DNA of 64,000 bases from Verrucomicrobiales bacterium. GTDB taxonomy: Bacteria > Verrucomicrobiota > Verrucomicrobiia > Limisphaerales > J093. Below, one piece after another: positions 51,122 to 60,817 of the stretch (position 1 is the stretch's first letter; every line of letters begins with the position of its first letter). Under the pieces are notes generated by a model. That model searched no databases, was not told the DNA's origin, and worked only from the letters and a program-made list of their open reading frames with translations. The stretch lies in contig JBBIJZ010000003.1 of assembly GCA_037445715.1 (NCBI GenBank), forward strand, positions 19,935 through 83,934. The letters run 5' to 3'. Both the position numbers and the translations under genes were made by a program.

Positions 51122-51535
51122 TCAAGGGCGCGGCGGTTCCAGCCGCGGGGCCGCCGCAGTGAACCGCTCCAACTGCCGCGCTTCGACCGCTGCCAGCCAA
51201 TCCGCCACCTGCCTGCGCAGCCGGGTCAGGTCCAGGCCCGCGTAGCGGGCGGGATAGCCCTCCCACTGCTCCCCACACCGGCGCAACAAGGCCCGGGCCG
51301 GCCCCGCACGGCCCTGCTGCAAGTGCACAAACGCACCCGCCAATTGGATCAGCCCCTGGTAAAAGCGCGCCTCCGCCCCACCCCGCACCGCCAGCCACAG
51401 CGGCTCGAGCACCTCGTGCGCCTCGAAGTACCGCCCTGCATTGAAGCAGGCAAAGAAGGCATGGTAGGCCGCGAGTGCGTCCTCGGCAGACCTGGCGGGC
51501 CGCACCGGCAACGGGGTGTCAACGGGTCGGTACAC
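51122..51535 (-). CDS. DUF309 domain-containing protein
   Basis: 137 aa, GTG start. FNAGRYFEAHEVLEPLW...FYQGLIQLA is the DUF309 signature. Confidence 0.8.
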   Translation of the reverse strand: MYRPVDTPLPVRPARSAEDALAAYHAFFACFNAGRYFEAHEVLEPLWLAVRGGAEARFYQGLIQLAGAFVHLQQGRAGPARALLRRCGEQWEGYPARYAGLDLTRLRRQVADWLAAVEARQLERFTAAAPRLEPPRP

Positions 51536-51628
51536 CCGCGCAAAGAAGCACGGCTCGCCCGCCCGTCAACCGGCGGCCCGGTCACCGGTGATCTTGTTGG
51601 CCGGCACGCGCTGCGCTAGCGTGGCCGC

Positions 51629-52342
51629 GTGGACCTCGCTGCCAATCTGGAACACCTGCGCCGCCGCATCGCCACCGCCTGCGCGCGGGCCGGGCGCGAC
51701 CCGGCCGCGGTCACGCTGTTGGCCGTCAGCAAGGGCCAGCCGCCGGAGGTGGTGCGGGCCGCGGCCGACCTGGGGTTGACCTTGTTTGGCGAAAACAAGG
51801 TCCAGGAGGCCCGGGCCAAAATCCCGCTCTGTCCCGGCCGTCTGCATTGGCACCTGGTGGGCCACCTCCAGTCCAACAAGGCCCGCGACGCGGTGCAATG
51901 GTTCGAGATGATCCAGAGCCTGGACCGCCTGGCGCTGGCGGCGGAATTGCAGAAACAGGCCGAAAAGGCGGCCAAGAAAGTGCCGGTGCTCCTCGAGGTC
52001 AACGTCGCCGGCGAAGCCAGCAAGTTCGGCTACCGTCCCGAGCAACTGCTGGCCGAACTGCGGGACCTCAACGCCTTTCCCCGCCTCGACATCCAGGGCC
52101 TGATGACCCTGGCGCCGTGGACGCCCGACCCGGAAAAAGTGCGGCCGGTCTTTCGACGCCTGCGCGAGTTGAAGGCCGAGTGCGAACAGCGGCTGGGCGC
52201 CCCGCTGGCGCACCTGAGCATGGGCATGAGCGGCGACTTCGAGGTGGCCATCGAGGAGGGCGCCACGCTCATCCGCATCGGCACCGCGTTGTTTGGGCCG
52301 CGGCCCGCGCGCCCGCCGGCCGCCGCGCCGGACTTGCATTGA
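51629..52342 (+). CDS. yggS: YggS family pyridoxal phosphate homeostasis protein
   Basis: 237 aa. Motifs: LLAVSKGQ (PLP lysine), FGENKVQE, WHLVGHLQSNK, LSMGMSGDFEVAIEEGATLIRIGTALFG. Confidence 0.9.
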   Translation: MDLAANLEHLRRRIATACARAGRDPAAVTLLAVSKGQPPEVVRAAADLGLTLFGENKVQEARAKIPLCPGRLHWHLVGHLQSNKARDAVQWFEMIQSLDRLALAAELQKQAEKAAKKVPVLLEVNVAGEASKFGYRPEQLLAELRDLNAFPRLDIQGLMTLAPWTPDPEKVRPVFRRLRELKAECEQRLGAPLAHLSMGMSGDFEVAIEEGATLIRIGTALFGPRPARPPAAAPDLH

Positions 52343-52393
52343 AGCCCGCGCGGGGCCCCGGCAAATGCAGGCGGGACGCCTGCTCCACAAGGC

Positions 52394-52732
52394 TTGAAGC
52401 CCGCGCGTGCCGGGCCCTACCCTGCCGCCGTGACCGTTGAGTGGTTCAAGGACGAAGTGCGCCAGGCGCTCCAAAGGTACGAGCGCCATGTGGTGTGCCT
52501 CGAAAAGACGCCGGACCAGGTCCGGGTCTCGCTCGAGTCGCTGCTGCGCAAGGCCATCAAGGCCTACCAGGAACGCGGCCCCGGCCTGCGGCACGGCATC
52601 GCGCTGGACCGGCACCTCACCATCATCCTGAGTCAGACCGAGGGCGACCGGCCCCAGTGCGGCATTTACTTCAACCTCCACTCGCCCTACCTGAAGCCCT
52701 CCGGCAAGACCACCTCGCCCACCGGCGTCTGA
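52394..52732 (+). CDS. Hypothetical protein
   Basis: 112-aa ORF with non-repetitive composition (VEWFKDEVRQALQRYERHVVCLEKTPDQVRV...). It lies on the same strand between yggS and the IMPase-family gene. No motif recognised, and the start is uncertain. Confidence 0.4.
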   Translation: MKPARAGPYPAAVTVEWFKDEVRQALQRYERHVVCLEKTPDQVRVSLESLLRKAIKAYQERGPGLRHGIALDRHLTIILSQTEGDRPQCGIYFNLHSPYLKPSGKTTSPTGV

Positions 52733-52737
52733 CCCTC

Positions 52738-53541
52738 ATGCTCGAATTCCTGGTGGTAAGCGCCCGGGCCGCCGGGGCGGTGCTCGAAACCCACTTTGGC
52801 CGGCTCACCTCCGTCCGCACCAAGGAGAGCGCGGCCAGCGTGGTCACCGAGGCCGACCTGGCTGCGGAACGCTGCCTCTTCGCGCGCATCCGTTCCCGTT
52901 TCCCCGAAGACGGTTTCCTGGGGGAAGAAACCGGCTTCCATCCCGGCCGTTCGGACCGGGTGTGGGTGGTGGACCCGCTGGACGGCACCTCGAACTTCGT
53001 GGCCGGGCTGCCGTGGTTCGGGGTGATGATCGCCGCGGTCGAGGCGGGAGAGCCCCGCGAAGCGGTGTTGTACCTGCCCGCCCTCGGGGCCACGTACACC
53101 GCGCAAGAAGGCCGGGGCGCCCGGCGCAACGACGCGCCCCTGACGGTGAGCCCGGACGCGGACCTGGCCCGGGTGCTGATCGGTTTCGGGCTGGACGGCA
53201 CGGCGGACGCGGCGACCCTGCGCCGCCAGGGGCTCTTGTTGGCCGCGGTCGCGCAGCACTGCCGCAACGTGCGGGCCACCAATTCGCTGGTGGACTTCTG
53301 CTACACCGCCGAGGGGCACCTGGGCGGCACCATCAACTTCAACTGCAAGCTGTGGGACCTGGCCGCCCCCACCCTGCTGATTCGCGAGGCCGGCGGCGTG
53401 GTCACCGACCTGGCCGGGCGCGCGCCGGATTTCCGCGTGGGCGCGGAGGCGGCCACGCGCACGCACACCGTGCTGGCGGCGGCGCCCGCCCTGCACCCGC
53501 AGTTGCGCGCGCTGGTGGAAGCGGTCGGGACCGGCCTTTGA
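52738..53541 (+). CDS. Inositol monophosphatase family protein
   Basis: Trimmed from track ORF 52441..53541 to ATG 52738. Motifs: FLGEE, WVVDPLDGTSNF, WDLAA. Confidence 0.85.
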   Translation: MLEFLVVSARAAGAVLETHFGRLTSVRTKESAASVVTEADLAAERCLFARIRSRFPEDGFLGEETGFHPGRSDRVWVVDPLDGTSNFVAGLPWFGVMIAAVEAGEPREAVLYLPALGATYTAQEGRGARRNDAPLTVSPDADLARVLIGFGLDGTADAATLRRQGLLLAAVAQHCRNVRATNSLVDFCYTAEGHLGGTINFNCKLWDLAAPTLLIREAGGVVTDLAGRAPDFRVGAEAATRTHTVLAAAPALHPQLRALVEAVGTGL

Positions 53542-53603
53542 GAACGGCCCGCTCCGGGCCGCGCCCTTCTCCGGGATTGCACGGTCGCCCCCGAGACCCC
53601 GGC

Positions 53604-55763
53604 TCAGGCAAGGCCGCCGCCGGGCAGTTGCAGGCTCCATTCCTCGACCAGGTCGCGCGGCAATTCCCCCAGGAAACGCGAGGGTTGCTGCATCACGTCG
53701 CCCCCGTAAGCCCCGCCGGCGGTGCGGATCAATGGATAGGTCAGGTACAGCTCGTCGCGGGCGCGAGTGATGGCCACGTAAAACAGCCGGCGCTCCTCCT
53801 CCTCGTTCTCCCCGTCCGCCAGCGAACGCGCGGAGGGAAACAGGCCTTCGCAGAGCATGATCACAAAGACCACGTCGAACTCGAGGCCCTTGGCCTGGTG
53901 AATGGTGGACAGGCGCAACCGTTCCTGGGCCTGGGCGGGGGCGGCCTCGGCCTCGGCCTCGAGGTTGGTCAGCAGGGCCAGTTGGGCCAGGAACTCCTCG
54001 GGGCCGGCAAACTGCCGGGCGAAGTCGGCGAGTTGTTCCAGGTCCTCGAGCCGCGCCCGGGCGTTGGCGTAATGTTCCTCGAGGTGTTCCGCATAACCCG
54101 CCTCGAGGACCAGCCGGATCATTTCCACCGCGGCGCCGCGCGCGGGCGGCGTTTCCAACTGCGCCATCGTGGCGGTGAACTGCGCCCAGGCCCCCTGCGC
54201 CTTCTTGGGCACCTGGGCGGCGAGCCCCTGCAGCGCCGTCGCCACCACGGGCGCGCCGGCCGGCGGCGCGGGAGACGCCGCGTATGCCGGGGCCGCCCCG
54301 CCCGCCGCACCCGGTCCGGCCGTGCCTTCCGGATTCCAGACTTCGTCCACGGAGGGTTCGGTACCTGCCGCGGGCGGGGGCGGCGGGGGGAAATCGTGCG
54401 CGGCGAAGGCGGTCCACAACTTGTCGGCGGCCTTGGGGCCGATGCCGGGCAGGAGCTTCACCAGGCGTTTGAAGGCCATTTCGTCGCGCGGGTTGCACAC
54501 CAGCTTGAGGTACGCGGCCACGTCCTTCACGTGGGCCTGCTCGAAGAACCGGATGCCGCTGGTGATGCTGAAGGGGATGTGGCGCCGGGTCAGTTCCAGT
54601 TGCAGCTCGAGGGCGTGGAAATGCGAGCGGTAGAGCACCGCCATGCGGTCCAGCGCCACGCCTTCTTCGTGCCGCTCGAGGACGCGCTGGGCCACAAACG
54701 CGGCCTGCGTGTGCGCGTCGCCGCAGGCCACCAGGGCCGGGCGGGTGCCGCTGCGGCGCACCGCGCGCAGCTCCTTCTTGTGCTGATGTATGTTGGCGGC
54801 GATGGCGGCGTTGGCCAGGTGCAGGATTTCCGGGGTGCTGCGGTAATTGGTCTCGATGCGATACACCGCCGCGCCCGGGTGGCGCTCGGGAAAGCGGAGG
54901 ATGTTGTGGAAGTTGGCGCCGCGCCAGGAGTAGATGCTCTGGGCGTCGTCCCCCACGGCCATGACGTTTTGGTGCGGGGCCACCAGCAGGTCCACCAGGT
55001 CGCTCTGGAGCTGGTTGGTGTCCTGGTATTCGTCCACGAGCACGTGCTGGAAGCGGCGCTGGTACAACTCGCGCACCGGGGCGTGTTCCTGGAGCAACCG
55101 CAGCCAGAGCGCCAGCAGGTCGTCGAAGTCCATCACGTTGGTGGCGCGCTTGCGTTCGGTGTACCGGCGGGCCAGGTCGGCGAGGGGTTCGAGGAGCCCG
55201 GCGAAGTACGGGTAGTGCCGCTCGATGACCCGGGCCAGCGGTTGGGCGGTGTTGACCGCCAGGGAAAACAGGTCGCCCAGCACGTCCGCCTTGGGAAAGC
55301 GGGTGGCCTTCACGTCAATGGGGGCCTCGCCCAGGCAGGCGTTCAACAGGTCCCGGGCGTCCTCGCGGTCCAGGATGGTGAAATCGCGCCGGTACCCCAG
55401 CAGCTCGGCGTGACGCCGCAGGATGCGGTGGCCGATGGCGTGAAAGGTGCCGCCCCACAGGCCGCCCAGGTCGCGGCCCAGCAGCTCGGCCACCCGGCGC
55501 ATCATCTCGCGGGCCGCCTTGTTGGTGAAGGTCAGCAAGAGGAGGCGCTCGGGGGCCACGCCGTGCTCGATGAGCCACGCCACGCGATAGACCAGCGTGC
55601 GGGTCTTGCCGGCCCCGGCTCCGGCCAGCACCAGCGCCGGTCCCGGCGGGGCGGTGACGGCCGCCAGTTGCTGGGGATTGAGCTCGGCCGCGTAATCAAT
55701 CTGCAGGCGGCCCTCGCTCCGGAACGGTTGCAGCACGTACTCGCGTGACACGCGCTGATTCAA
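53604..55763 (-). CDS. UvrD/PcrA/Rep family ATP-dependent DNA helicase
   Basis: 719 aa. Walker A AGAGAGKTRTL, then LTFTNKAAREM, VDEYQDTN, TIHQAKGLEFD, VAITRARDELYL. The accessory domain carries a Pro/Ala-rich insertion. Confidence 0.9.
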   Translation of the reverse strand: MNQRVSREYVLQPFRSEGRLQIDYAAELNPQQLAAVTAPPGPALVLAGAGAGKTRTLVYRVAWLIEHGVAPERLLLLTFTNKAAREMMRRVAELLGRDLGGLWGGTFHAIGHRILRRHAELLGYRRDFTILDREDARDLLNACLGEAPIDVKATRFPKADVLGDLFSLAVNTAQPLARVIERHYPYFAGLLEPLADLARRYTERKRATNVMDFDDLLALWLRLLQEHAPVRELYQRRFQHVLVDEYQDTNQLQSDLVDLLVAPHQNVMAVGDDAQSIYSWRGANFHNILRFPERHPGAAVYRIETNYRSTPEILHLANAAIAANIHQHKKELRAVRRSGTRPALVACGDAHTQAAFVAQRVLERHEEGVALDRMAVLYRSHFHALELQLELTRRHIPFSITSGIRFFEQAHVKDVAAYLKLVCNPRDEMAFKRLVKLLPGIGPKAADKLWTAFAAHDFPPPPPPAAGTEPSVDEVWNPEGTAGPGAAGGAAPAYAASPAPPAGAPVVATALQGLAAQVPKKAQGAWAQFTATMAQLETPPARGAAVEMIRLVLEAGYAEHLEEHYANARARLEDLEQLADFARQFAGPEEFLAQLALLTNLEAEAEAAPAQAQERLRLSTIHQAKGLEFDVVFVIMLCEGLFPSARSLADGENEEEERRLFYVAITRARDELYLTYPLIRTAGGAYGGDVMQQPSRFLGELPRDLVEEWSLQLPGGGLA

Positions 55764-55874
55764 GCTCCGCGCCCCGGGCTGACCAGCCCGGAATTGAATC
55801 GCCGGGGTAATCCGTTGAGGCCGGGCCGCCGTGACGGGGCGCCGAGTGCAAGGGCTGCCTGTGGCCCCTTGCGC

Positions 55875-56903
55875 TCAGGCGTGGCCGTGGTGGTGGATGA
55901 GCAGCATCTGGCGGGGCGGCCGCCGCGGGGTGGGCGGCACTTCCGGGCCGTAGCCCAGGCGCAGGAGCACCTGCGGCCAGCCCAGTTGGCCGGTCAAGGT
56001 TCCCAGGGCGGCGCGCAGTTCGGGCACCTGGATGGGCGCATTGAGAATCGTGGCCCAGACGTTTTCCGCCCGGGCGGTCAGCAAGACGCGTTGCAACGCC
56101 TGTCCGGCCTTGAGCCAGGCCAGCGGGGTGTCGGCCTCCGTGCCCAGCACGGCCAGCATCGGGCTTTGCAACACCAGTTCGCGGTCGCGCGCGGCCTTTT
56201 GCTTGCCGAGGTTCAGGGCGCGCAGGCCCAGCGGGCCGGCCAGGGTTGCCCAGTCCGGGAGACCCAATTCGCGAAGTGCCACGCCGTCGGTAAAGGCGGG
56301 CCGGTTCCGCACCCACGCGGCCAGTTCCTGGCGAAAGTGGCCGTCCGTCCATTGGACCCGGTGGGCCTGGGCGAGGAGGTCGGCTACTTCGAGGCGCCGG
56401 GGCTCGTCCCGGAGGCACGTCAGCCAGGCCCCCTCCTGGGCGGCGGCGTTTTGCAGGCGCAGGCAAAGGTCATCCGGCAGCGGGTCGGGCAGAAACGGCA
56501 GGCGATTGGAATGGCGCCGGGGCAGGGCGTGAAAGAGCAGCACATCCTCCGCGCCGGTGTCCGCGCGCAGACCCAGGTGGAACCGGGCCAGGAGATTGGC
56601 CTCGGCGGGGTCGGGTTGCAGTTCGACCCGGTAGGCGTGGCCGAAGTACTCGGCCGCCACGCGCAGGTTGAAGACCACCGCCCCGACACTGAGGGTCAAC
56701 TCGCGATCCCGGGGGTCCGCCACGCGCAGCGCGCGGCGGCGGTCGGCGTACACCGCCAGATCGGTCACGCCGATGCGGAACAGCCAGGGTTGCGTGTTGA
56801 GTCGGGACGGCGCCAGAACGGCATAGCTCAACAGGTATTCAAGCTGGTCGCTGGCGTAGCCATCAGCCGGAAACTCTTCAGCAGAGACTTCCCACGGATT
56901 CAT
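55875..56903 (-). CDS. Nitroreductase family protein (Acg-like two-domain type)
   Basis: 342 aa. LSYAVLAPSRLNTQPW.F and RHSNR are nitroreductase-fold motifs. The length and the duplicated fold resemble Acg-type proteins. Confidence 0.7.
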   Translation of the reverse strand: MNPWEVSAEEFPADGYASDQLEYLLSYAVLAPSRLNTQPWLFRIGVTDLAVYADRRRALRVADPRDRELTLSVGAVVFNLRVAAEYFGHAYRVELQPDPAEANLLARFHLGLRADTGAEDVLLFHALPRRHSNRLPFLPDPLPDDLCLRLQNAAAQEGAWLTCLRDEPRRLEVADLLAQAHRVQWTDGHFRQELAAWVRNRPAFTDGVALRELGLPDWATLAGPLGLRALNLGKQKAARDRELVLQSPMLAVLGTEADTPLAWLKAGQALQRVLLTARAENVWATILNAPIQVPELRAALGTLTGQLGWPQVLLRLGYGPEVPPTPRRPPRQMLLIHHHGHA

Positions 56904-57146
56904 TGTTTCACCTCCTGTTTCCGGGTGGATTCAAGGCGGGCTCCCGCAAGAACGCCAGCTTTTTTTCCGCCCCTGGCCGAACTCCGCGCCTAAAAAATTG
57001 TCACCGCCGCCGGGCCGGCCGGCGAACAGCGGTCTTTCCCAACACCCCCAAGGGCAGTTGCCCCGGGGGCGCGGCCTTCCCCTGCCCCTTCCCGCCGTGG
57101 GCACTTGCAGCGGCGACACCTTGCGGTAGCCTCGGGCAAGCGACTC

Positions 57147-57662
57147 ATGGCGTCCGCACAAGCCCAGTACGACGAGGCCCTCCTGGCCTTCAGCCGAGGC
57201 GACTTCGCCGAAGCCGCCGCCTGTCTCGAGACCCTGCTGGCCAGCGAACCGGACCACTTCGAGGCGCGGCTGGCGCTGGGTCTGGCTTACTACCGGCTGG
57301 GTGACGCCGCCCGCGCCATCGCCGAAGGCCACAAAGCCGAACAATTGCAGCCCAACGAACCGCGGGTGCACACCAACCTCTCGCTCTTTTACCTCAGGGC
57401 CGGCGACAAAGCCCGTGCCGAGCATCACGGCGCCCGTGCCCGCGTCGCCTCCTGGCGCGACCAGCTCCGCCAGGGCCCGCCGGCTACGCCCACCCCGGGA
57501 GCCGCCCCGGACACCCCGCCGCCGCCGGTGCCCGAACATTTCCCCGAAATGCCGTGGAAGAAAAAGCCCCCGGCCCCGCAGGCTCCGGCCGCGGGAGCGT
57601 CCCCCGCACCGGAGGCGACGCCGGACCGGACCGCGGCCTCCAACTCCAAACTCACCCCATGA
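57147..57662 (+). CDS. TPR repeat protein with Pro-rich C-terminal tail
   Basis: Trimmed to ATG 57147. TPR-like helices: YDEALLAFSRGDFAEAAACLETLLASEPDHFEARLALGLAYYRLGD. Confidence 0.7.
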   Translation: MASAQAQYDEALLAFSRGDFAEAAACLETLLASEPDHFEARLALGLAYYRLGDAARAIAEGHKAEQLQPNEPRVHTNLSLFYLRAGDKARAEHHGARARVASWRDQLRQGPPATPTPGAAPDTPPPPVPEHFPEMPWKKKPPAPQAPAAGASPAPEATPDRTAASNSKLTP

Positions 57663-57940
57663 AAACCGCCTACGAACTGGCCATGGAACGCCTGGCCAAA
57701 CAAGACCCCATCGTCACCCTCACCCCGGAGCAAAAACAGGAAATCGCCGAACTGGAATCGCGCTACAAGGCACGTCTGGCCGAGCGGGAAATCAGCGCGC
57801 GCGAAGCCATCGCCCGCGCCGAAGCGCAGGGGGATTTCGAGGCCGCGGAAAAGGCCCGACAGGAATTCGCCGCCGAGCGCCGCAAACTTCAGGAAGAACT
57901 CGAATGCAAAAAAGAGGCGGTCCGGCGGCGGCAAAGTTAA
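57659..57940 (+). CDS. Hypothetical small coiled-coil protein
   Basis: Trimmed to ATG 57659, which overlaps the upstream stop (ATGA). The 93 aa are charged and helical (MKTAYELAMERLAKQD...). Confidence 0.5.
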   Translation: MKTAYELAMERLAKQDPIVTLTPEQKQEIAELESRYKARLAEREISAREAIARAEAQGDFEAAEKARQEFAAERRKLQEELECKKEAVRRRQS

Positions 57941-58323
57941 GGCCCTGCCGCCCCCGTCCTGCCGGCTGACAATCATTTTCAGCGCAGCAGCCAAAACGGC
58001 GCCGCGGAGCAACCGGGCCGTCTGCGGCGGCAATTTGCCCCCACCTTGCCCCCGGGTGGAACGGCCTACCAAGCCGTTGTCGGCGGCAACCTGCCGCCGA
58101 GACGACGCCGGTGGTGTACCCCCTCGCGCGCGGCCGCAGGTGTCCCCGCCGTGGCCGTGGCGTTGCCTATCCGCGGGCCGGCCCCACCCGCCGACCGTGT
58201 CGCCACACCGCCACCGGCCGGCAGACCCGCCCCCACGGCCCCGTAGCCGCGGCTACGCTGGAAGCCGCGACCTACGGCAGGCGGGGCTTGACCCGTCCCC
58301 GCCGCAACCGTTCCAATTCAGCC

Positions 58324-60711
58324 ATGCACACTCCGCTTCGACGCCTCCTTGGCCCGTCCCTGGCCCTGGTCACCGCCGTGGCCGCCCTGGCCCAGAACCC
58401 CGTGCCCAATCCCTCCTTCGAGCAGGCCGAAGGCCGCGAGAGCCGGCGGCCGCGCGGCTGGCGGACGGAGACCTGGGGCGGCGAGGGCACCTTCTCCCAC
58501 GCCAACGTGGGACGTACTGGCAACCGGAGCGTGGAGCTGGCCTCCCAGTCGGGTGCGGACATCGCGTGGGCGGCCAACGTCCCGGTCGAGCCGTACTCCC
58601 GCTACCGCCTGTCCGGCTGGATCAAGACCGAGAACGTCACGCCGCTGGGCGACGCGCGCGGGGCGCTCTTCAACCTGCACAACCTCCAGGGCGTGGCCAC
58701 ACCGGCGGTCACCGGCACGCGCGACTGGACGCGGGTGGAGACCGAATTCGAGACCGAGGACCAGACCAGCGTGCAGTTGAACTGTCTGCTGGGCGGCTGG
58801 GGCCGTGCCACGGGCCGGGCCTGGTTTGACGACGTCAGCCTCGAAAAGCTCTCCCAGCGCGAGCCGCCCACGCCGCGGATCACGGTGGACGCCGCGCGGG
58901 TGGGCGAGCCGCTTTCCGCCTACGTGTACAGCCAGTTCATCGAACACCTGGGCCGCTGCATCTACGGCGGCATCTGGGCGGAGATGCTGGAGGACCGCAA
59001 GTTTTACCATCCCATCACCCCGGAATACCGGCCGTACACCTCGCTGCGCGACACCCCGTTCCCGGTGGTGGGCCGGTCCCCGTGGCAGATCACCGGCGAC
59101 ACGGCCGGCGTCACCATGCGCACGAACAAGCCTTTCGTGGGCCGCCACTCGCCCCGCGTGCAGGCCGGCAGCGGGCTGCGGCAAAACGACCTCGGTCTCA
59201 CCGAGGGCAAATCCTACACCGGCTACGTCTGGCTGAAGGCCGATCCGGCGGCCGGCGCCGACGCCCGGGTGACCTTGAGCTGGGGCGACGAACGCGGGCC
59301 GGGCGATTCCATGACCTTGTCCGCCCTGGACGGCGAGTACCGCCGCTACCCCTTCGACTTCACCGCCACGCGCACCTCGGACAAGGCCTGGGTCGAGTTG
59401 AAGGTGGATCAGGGAGCGGTGTTCATCGGCACCGCCTCGCTCATGCCGGGGGACAACGTGGAGGGGATGCGCGCCGACACCCTGGCGTTGCTGCGCGAAC
59501 TCAAGGCCCCCATCTACCGCTGGCCGGGCGGCAACTTTGTCAGCGGCTACGACTGGCGCGACGGCATCGGTGACCGCGACCGCCGCCCGCCGCGCACCAA
59601 CCCCGCTTGGACCGGCGTCGAGCACAACGACTTCGGCATGCATGAATTCGTCCGCTTTTGCCAACTGGTCGGCGCCGAGCCGTGGATCACCGTCAACACC
59701 GGCTTTGGCGACGCCTACTCCGCCGCCGCCCAGCTCGAGTACTGCAACGGCGGCCCCGACACCTACTGGGGCGCACGCCGCGTGAAGAACGGCGCGCCAC
59801 AGCCCTTCGGCATCCGCTTCTGGGGCATTGGCAACGAAATGTGGGGCCCCTGGCAGCTCGGGTACATGTCCCTGGACCATTACATCCTCAAGCAGAACTG
59901 GGTGGTGGACAAGATGCGCGAGGTGGACCCGCACATCTTCTGCATCTCCTCCGGCAACGCCGGCCCGTGGAGCGAGGGCCTGCTGCGCCGCTGCGCCGAC
60001 CACATGGACGCCATCGCCGAACACTTCTACTGCCAGGAGCGGCCCGGCCTCATGGCCCACGTGCGGCAGATCCCGGACAACATCCGGGCCAAGGCGGACT
60101 TCCACCGCCGGATGCGCGCGCAGATGGCCCACCTCAAGGGCAAGGACATCCGCATTGCCATGACCGAGTGGAACTACTGGTACGGCCCGCACGTCTTCGG
60201 CGAGCTGGGCACTCGGTACTTCCTCAAGGACGCCCTGGGCATCGCCGCCGGCGTGCACGAGTACGCCCGGCAGAGCGACCTCATCCACTCGGCCTTCTAC
60301 GCGCAGACCGTCAACGTCATCGGCGCCATCAAGACCAGCCGCCGCAACGCCGCCTTCGAGACCACCGGCCTGGTGCTCAAGCTGTACCGGCACCACTTCG
60401 GCGAACTGCCGGCCGAGACGCGGACCGAGGGGCTGATTGACGCCCAGGCCGCCTGGAGCAACGACCGCAGGACGCTCACCCTCGGCGTCGTCAACGCCTC
60501 CCTCCAGCCCCAGACCATCCCGCTCACGCTTACCGGGGCCAAACTCAAGGGGCCGGGCCGCCGCTGGCAGATCGCCGGCACCGATCCCCGGGCCTACAAC
60601 GACCCCGACCAGCCGCCGAAGGTCGTCATCGAGGAAGCCGCGGCGACCTTCGGAGACACGCTGACCGTCGCCCCGTGCAGCGTGACGCTGTTTGCGTTCG
60701 AGGCGGAATAG
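58324..60711 (+). CDS. alpha-L-arabinofuranosidase (GH51) with N-terminal carbohydrate-binding-like module
   Basis: Trimmed to ATG 58324 (signal peptide MHTPLRRLLGPSLALVTAVAALAQ). GH51 motifs: SQFIEHLGRCIYGGIWAE, YRWPGGNFVSGYDWRDGIG, WGIGNEMWGPWQLG. The N-terminal region looks CBM4/9-like (NPSFE...WFDDVSLE). Confidence 0.85.
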   Translation: MHTPLRRLLGPSLALVTAVAALAQNPVPNPSFEQAEGRESRRPRGWRTETWGGEGTFSHANVGRTGNRSVELASQSGADIAWAANVPVEPYSRYRLSGWIKTENVTPLGDARGALFNLHNLQGVATPAVTGTRDWTRVETEFETEDQTSVQLNCLLGGWGRATGRAWFDDVSLEKLSQREPPTPRITVDAARVGEPLSAYVYSQFIEHLGRCIYGGIWAEMLEDRKFYHPITPEYRPYTSLRDTPFPVVGRSPWQITGDTAGVTMRTNKPFVGRHSPRVQAGSGLRQNDLGLTEGKSYTGYVWLKADPAAGADARVTLSWGDERGPGDSMTLSALDGEYRRYPFDFTATRTSDKAWVELKVDQGAVFIGTASLMPGDNVEGMRADTLALLRELKAPIYRWPGGNFVSGYDWRDGIGDRDRRPPRTNPAWTGVEHNDFGMHEFVRFCQLVGAEPWITVNTGFGDAYSAAAQLEYCNGGPDTYWGARRVKNGAPQPFGIRFWGIGNEMWGPWQLGYMSLDHYILKQNWVVDKMREVDPHIFCISSGNAGPWSEGLLRRCADHMDAIAEHFYCQERPGLMAHVRQIPDNIRAKADFHRRMRAQMAHLKGKDIRIAMTEWNYWYGPHVFGELGTRYFLKDALGIAAGVHEYARQSDLIHSAFYAQTVNVIGAIKTSRRNAAFETTGLVLKLYRHHFGELPAETRTEGLIDAQAAWSNDRRTLTLGVVNASLQPQTIPLTLTGAKLKGPGRRWQIAGTDPRAYNDPDQPPKVVIEEAAATFGDTLTVAPCSVTLFAFEAE

Positions 60712-60817
60712 CCCGCGGCGGCCGCCGAACGCACCGGCATGAACCTGAACGCCGCCGGTCGCGCCGGCGTGAACACGGCGCAACTGCAGCGACCACATCG
60801 CGCCCGCGTCGGCGGCC

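Noticed and set aside
57941-58323. Riboswitch or leader upstream of the GH51 gene (380 bp, contains the perfect palindrome cgtagccgcggctacg near 58244..58259)
   Set aside because: I could not recognise any riboswitch consensus. The palindrome and its surroundings resemble the generic GC-rich REP-like palindromes seen in other intergenic regions of this window.
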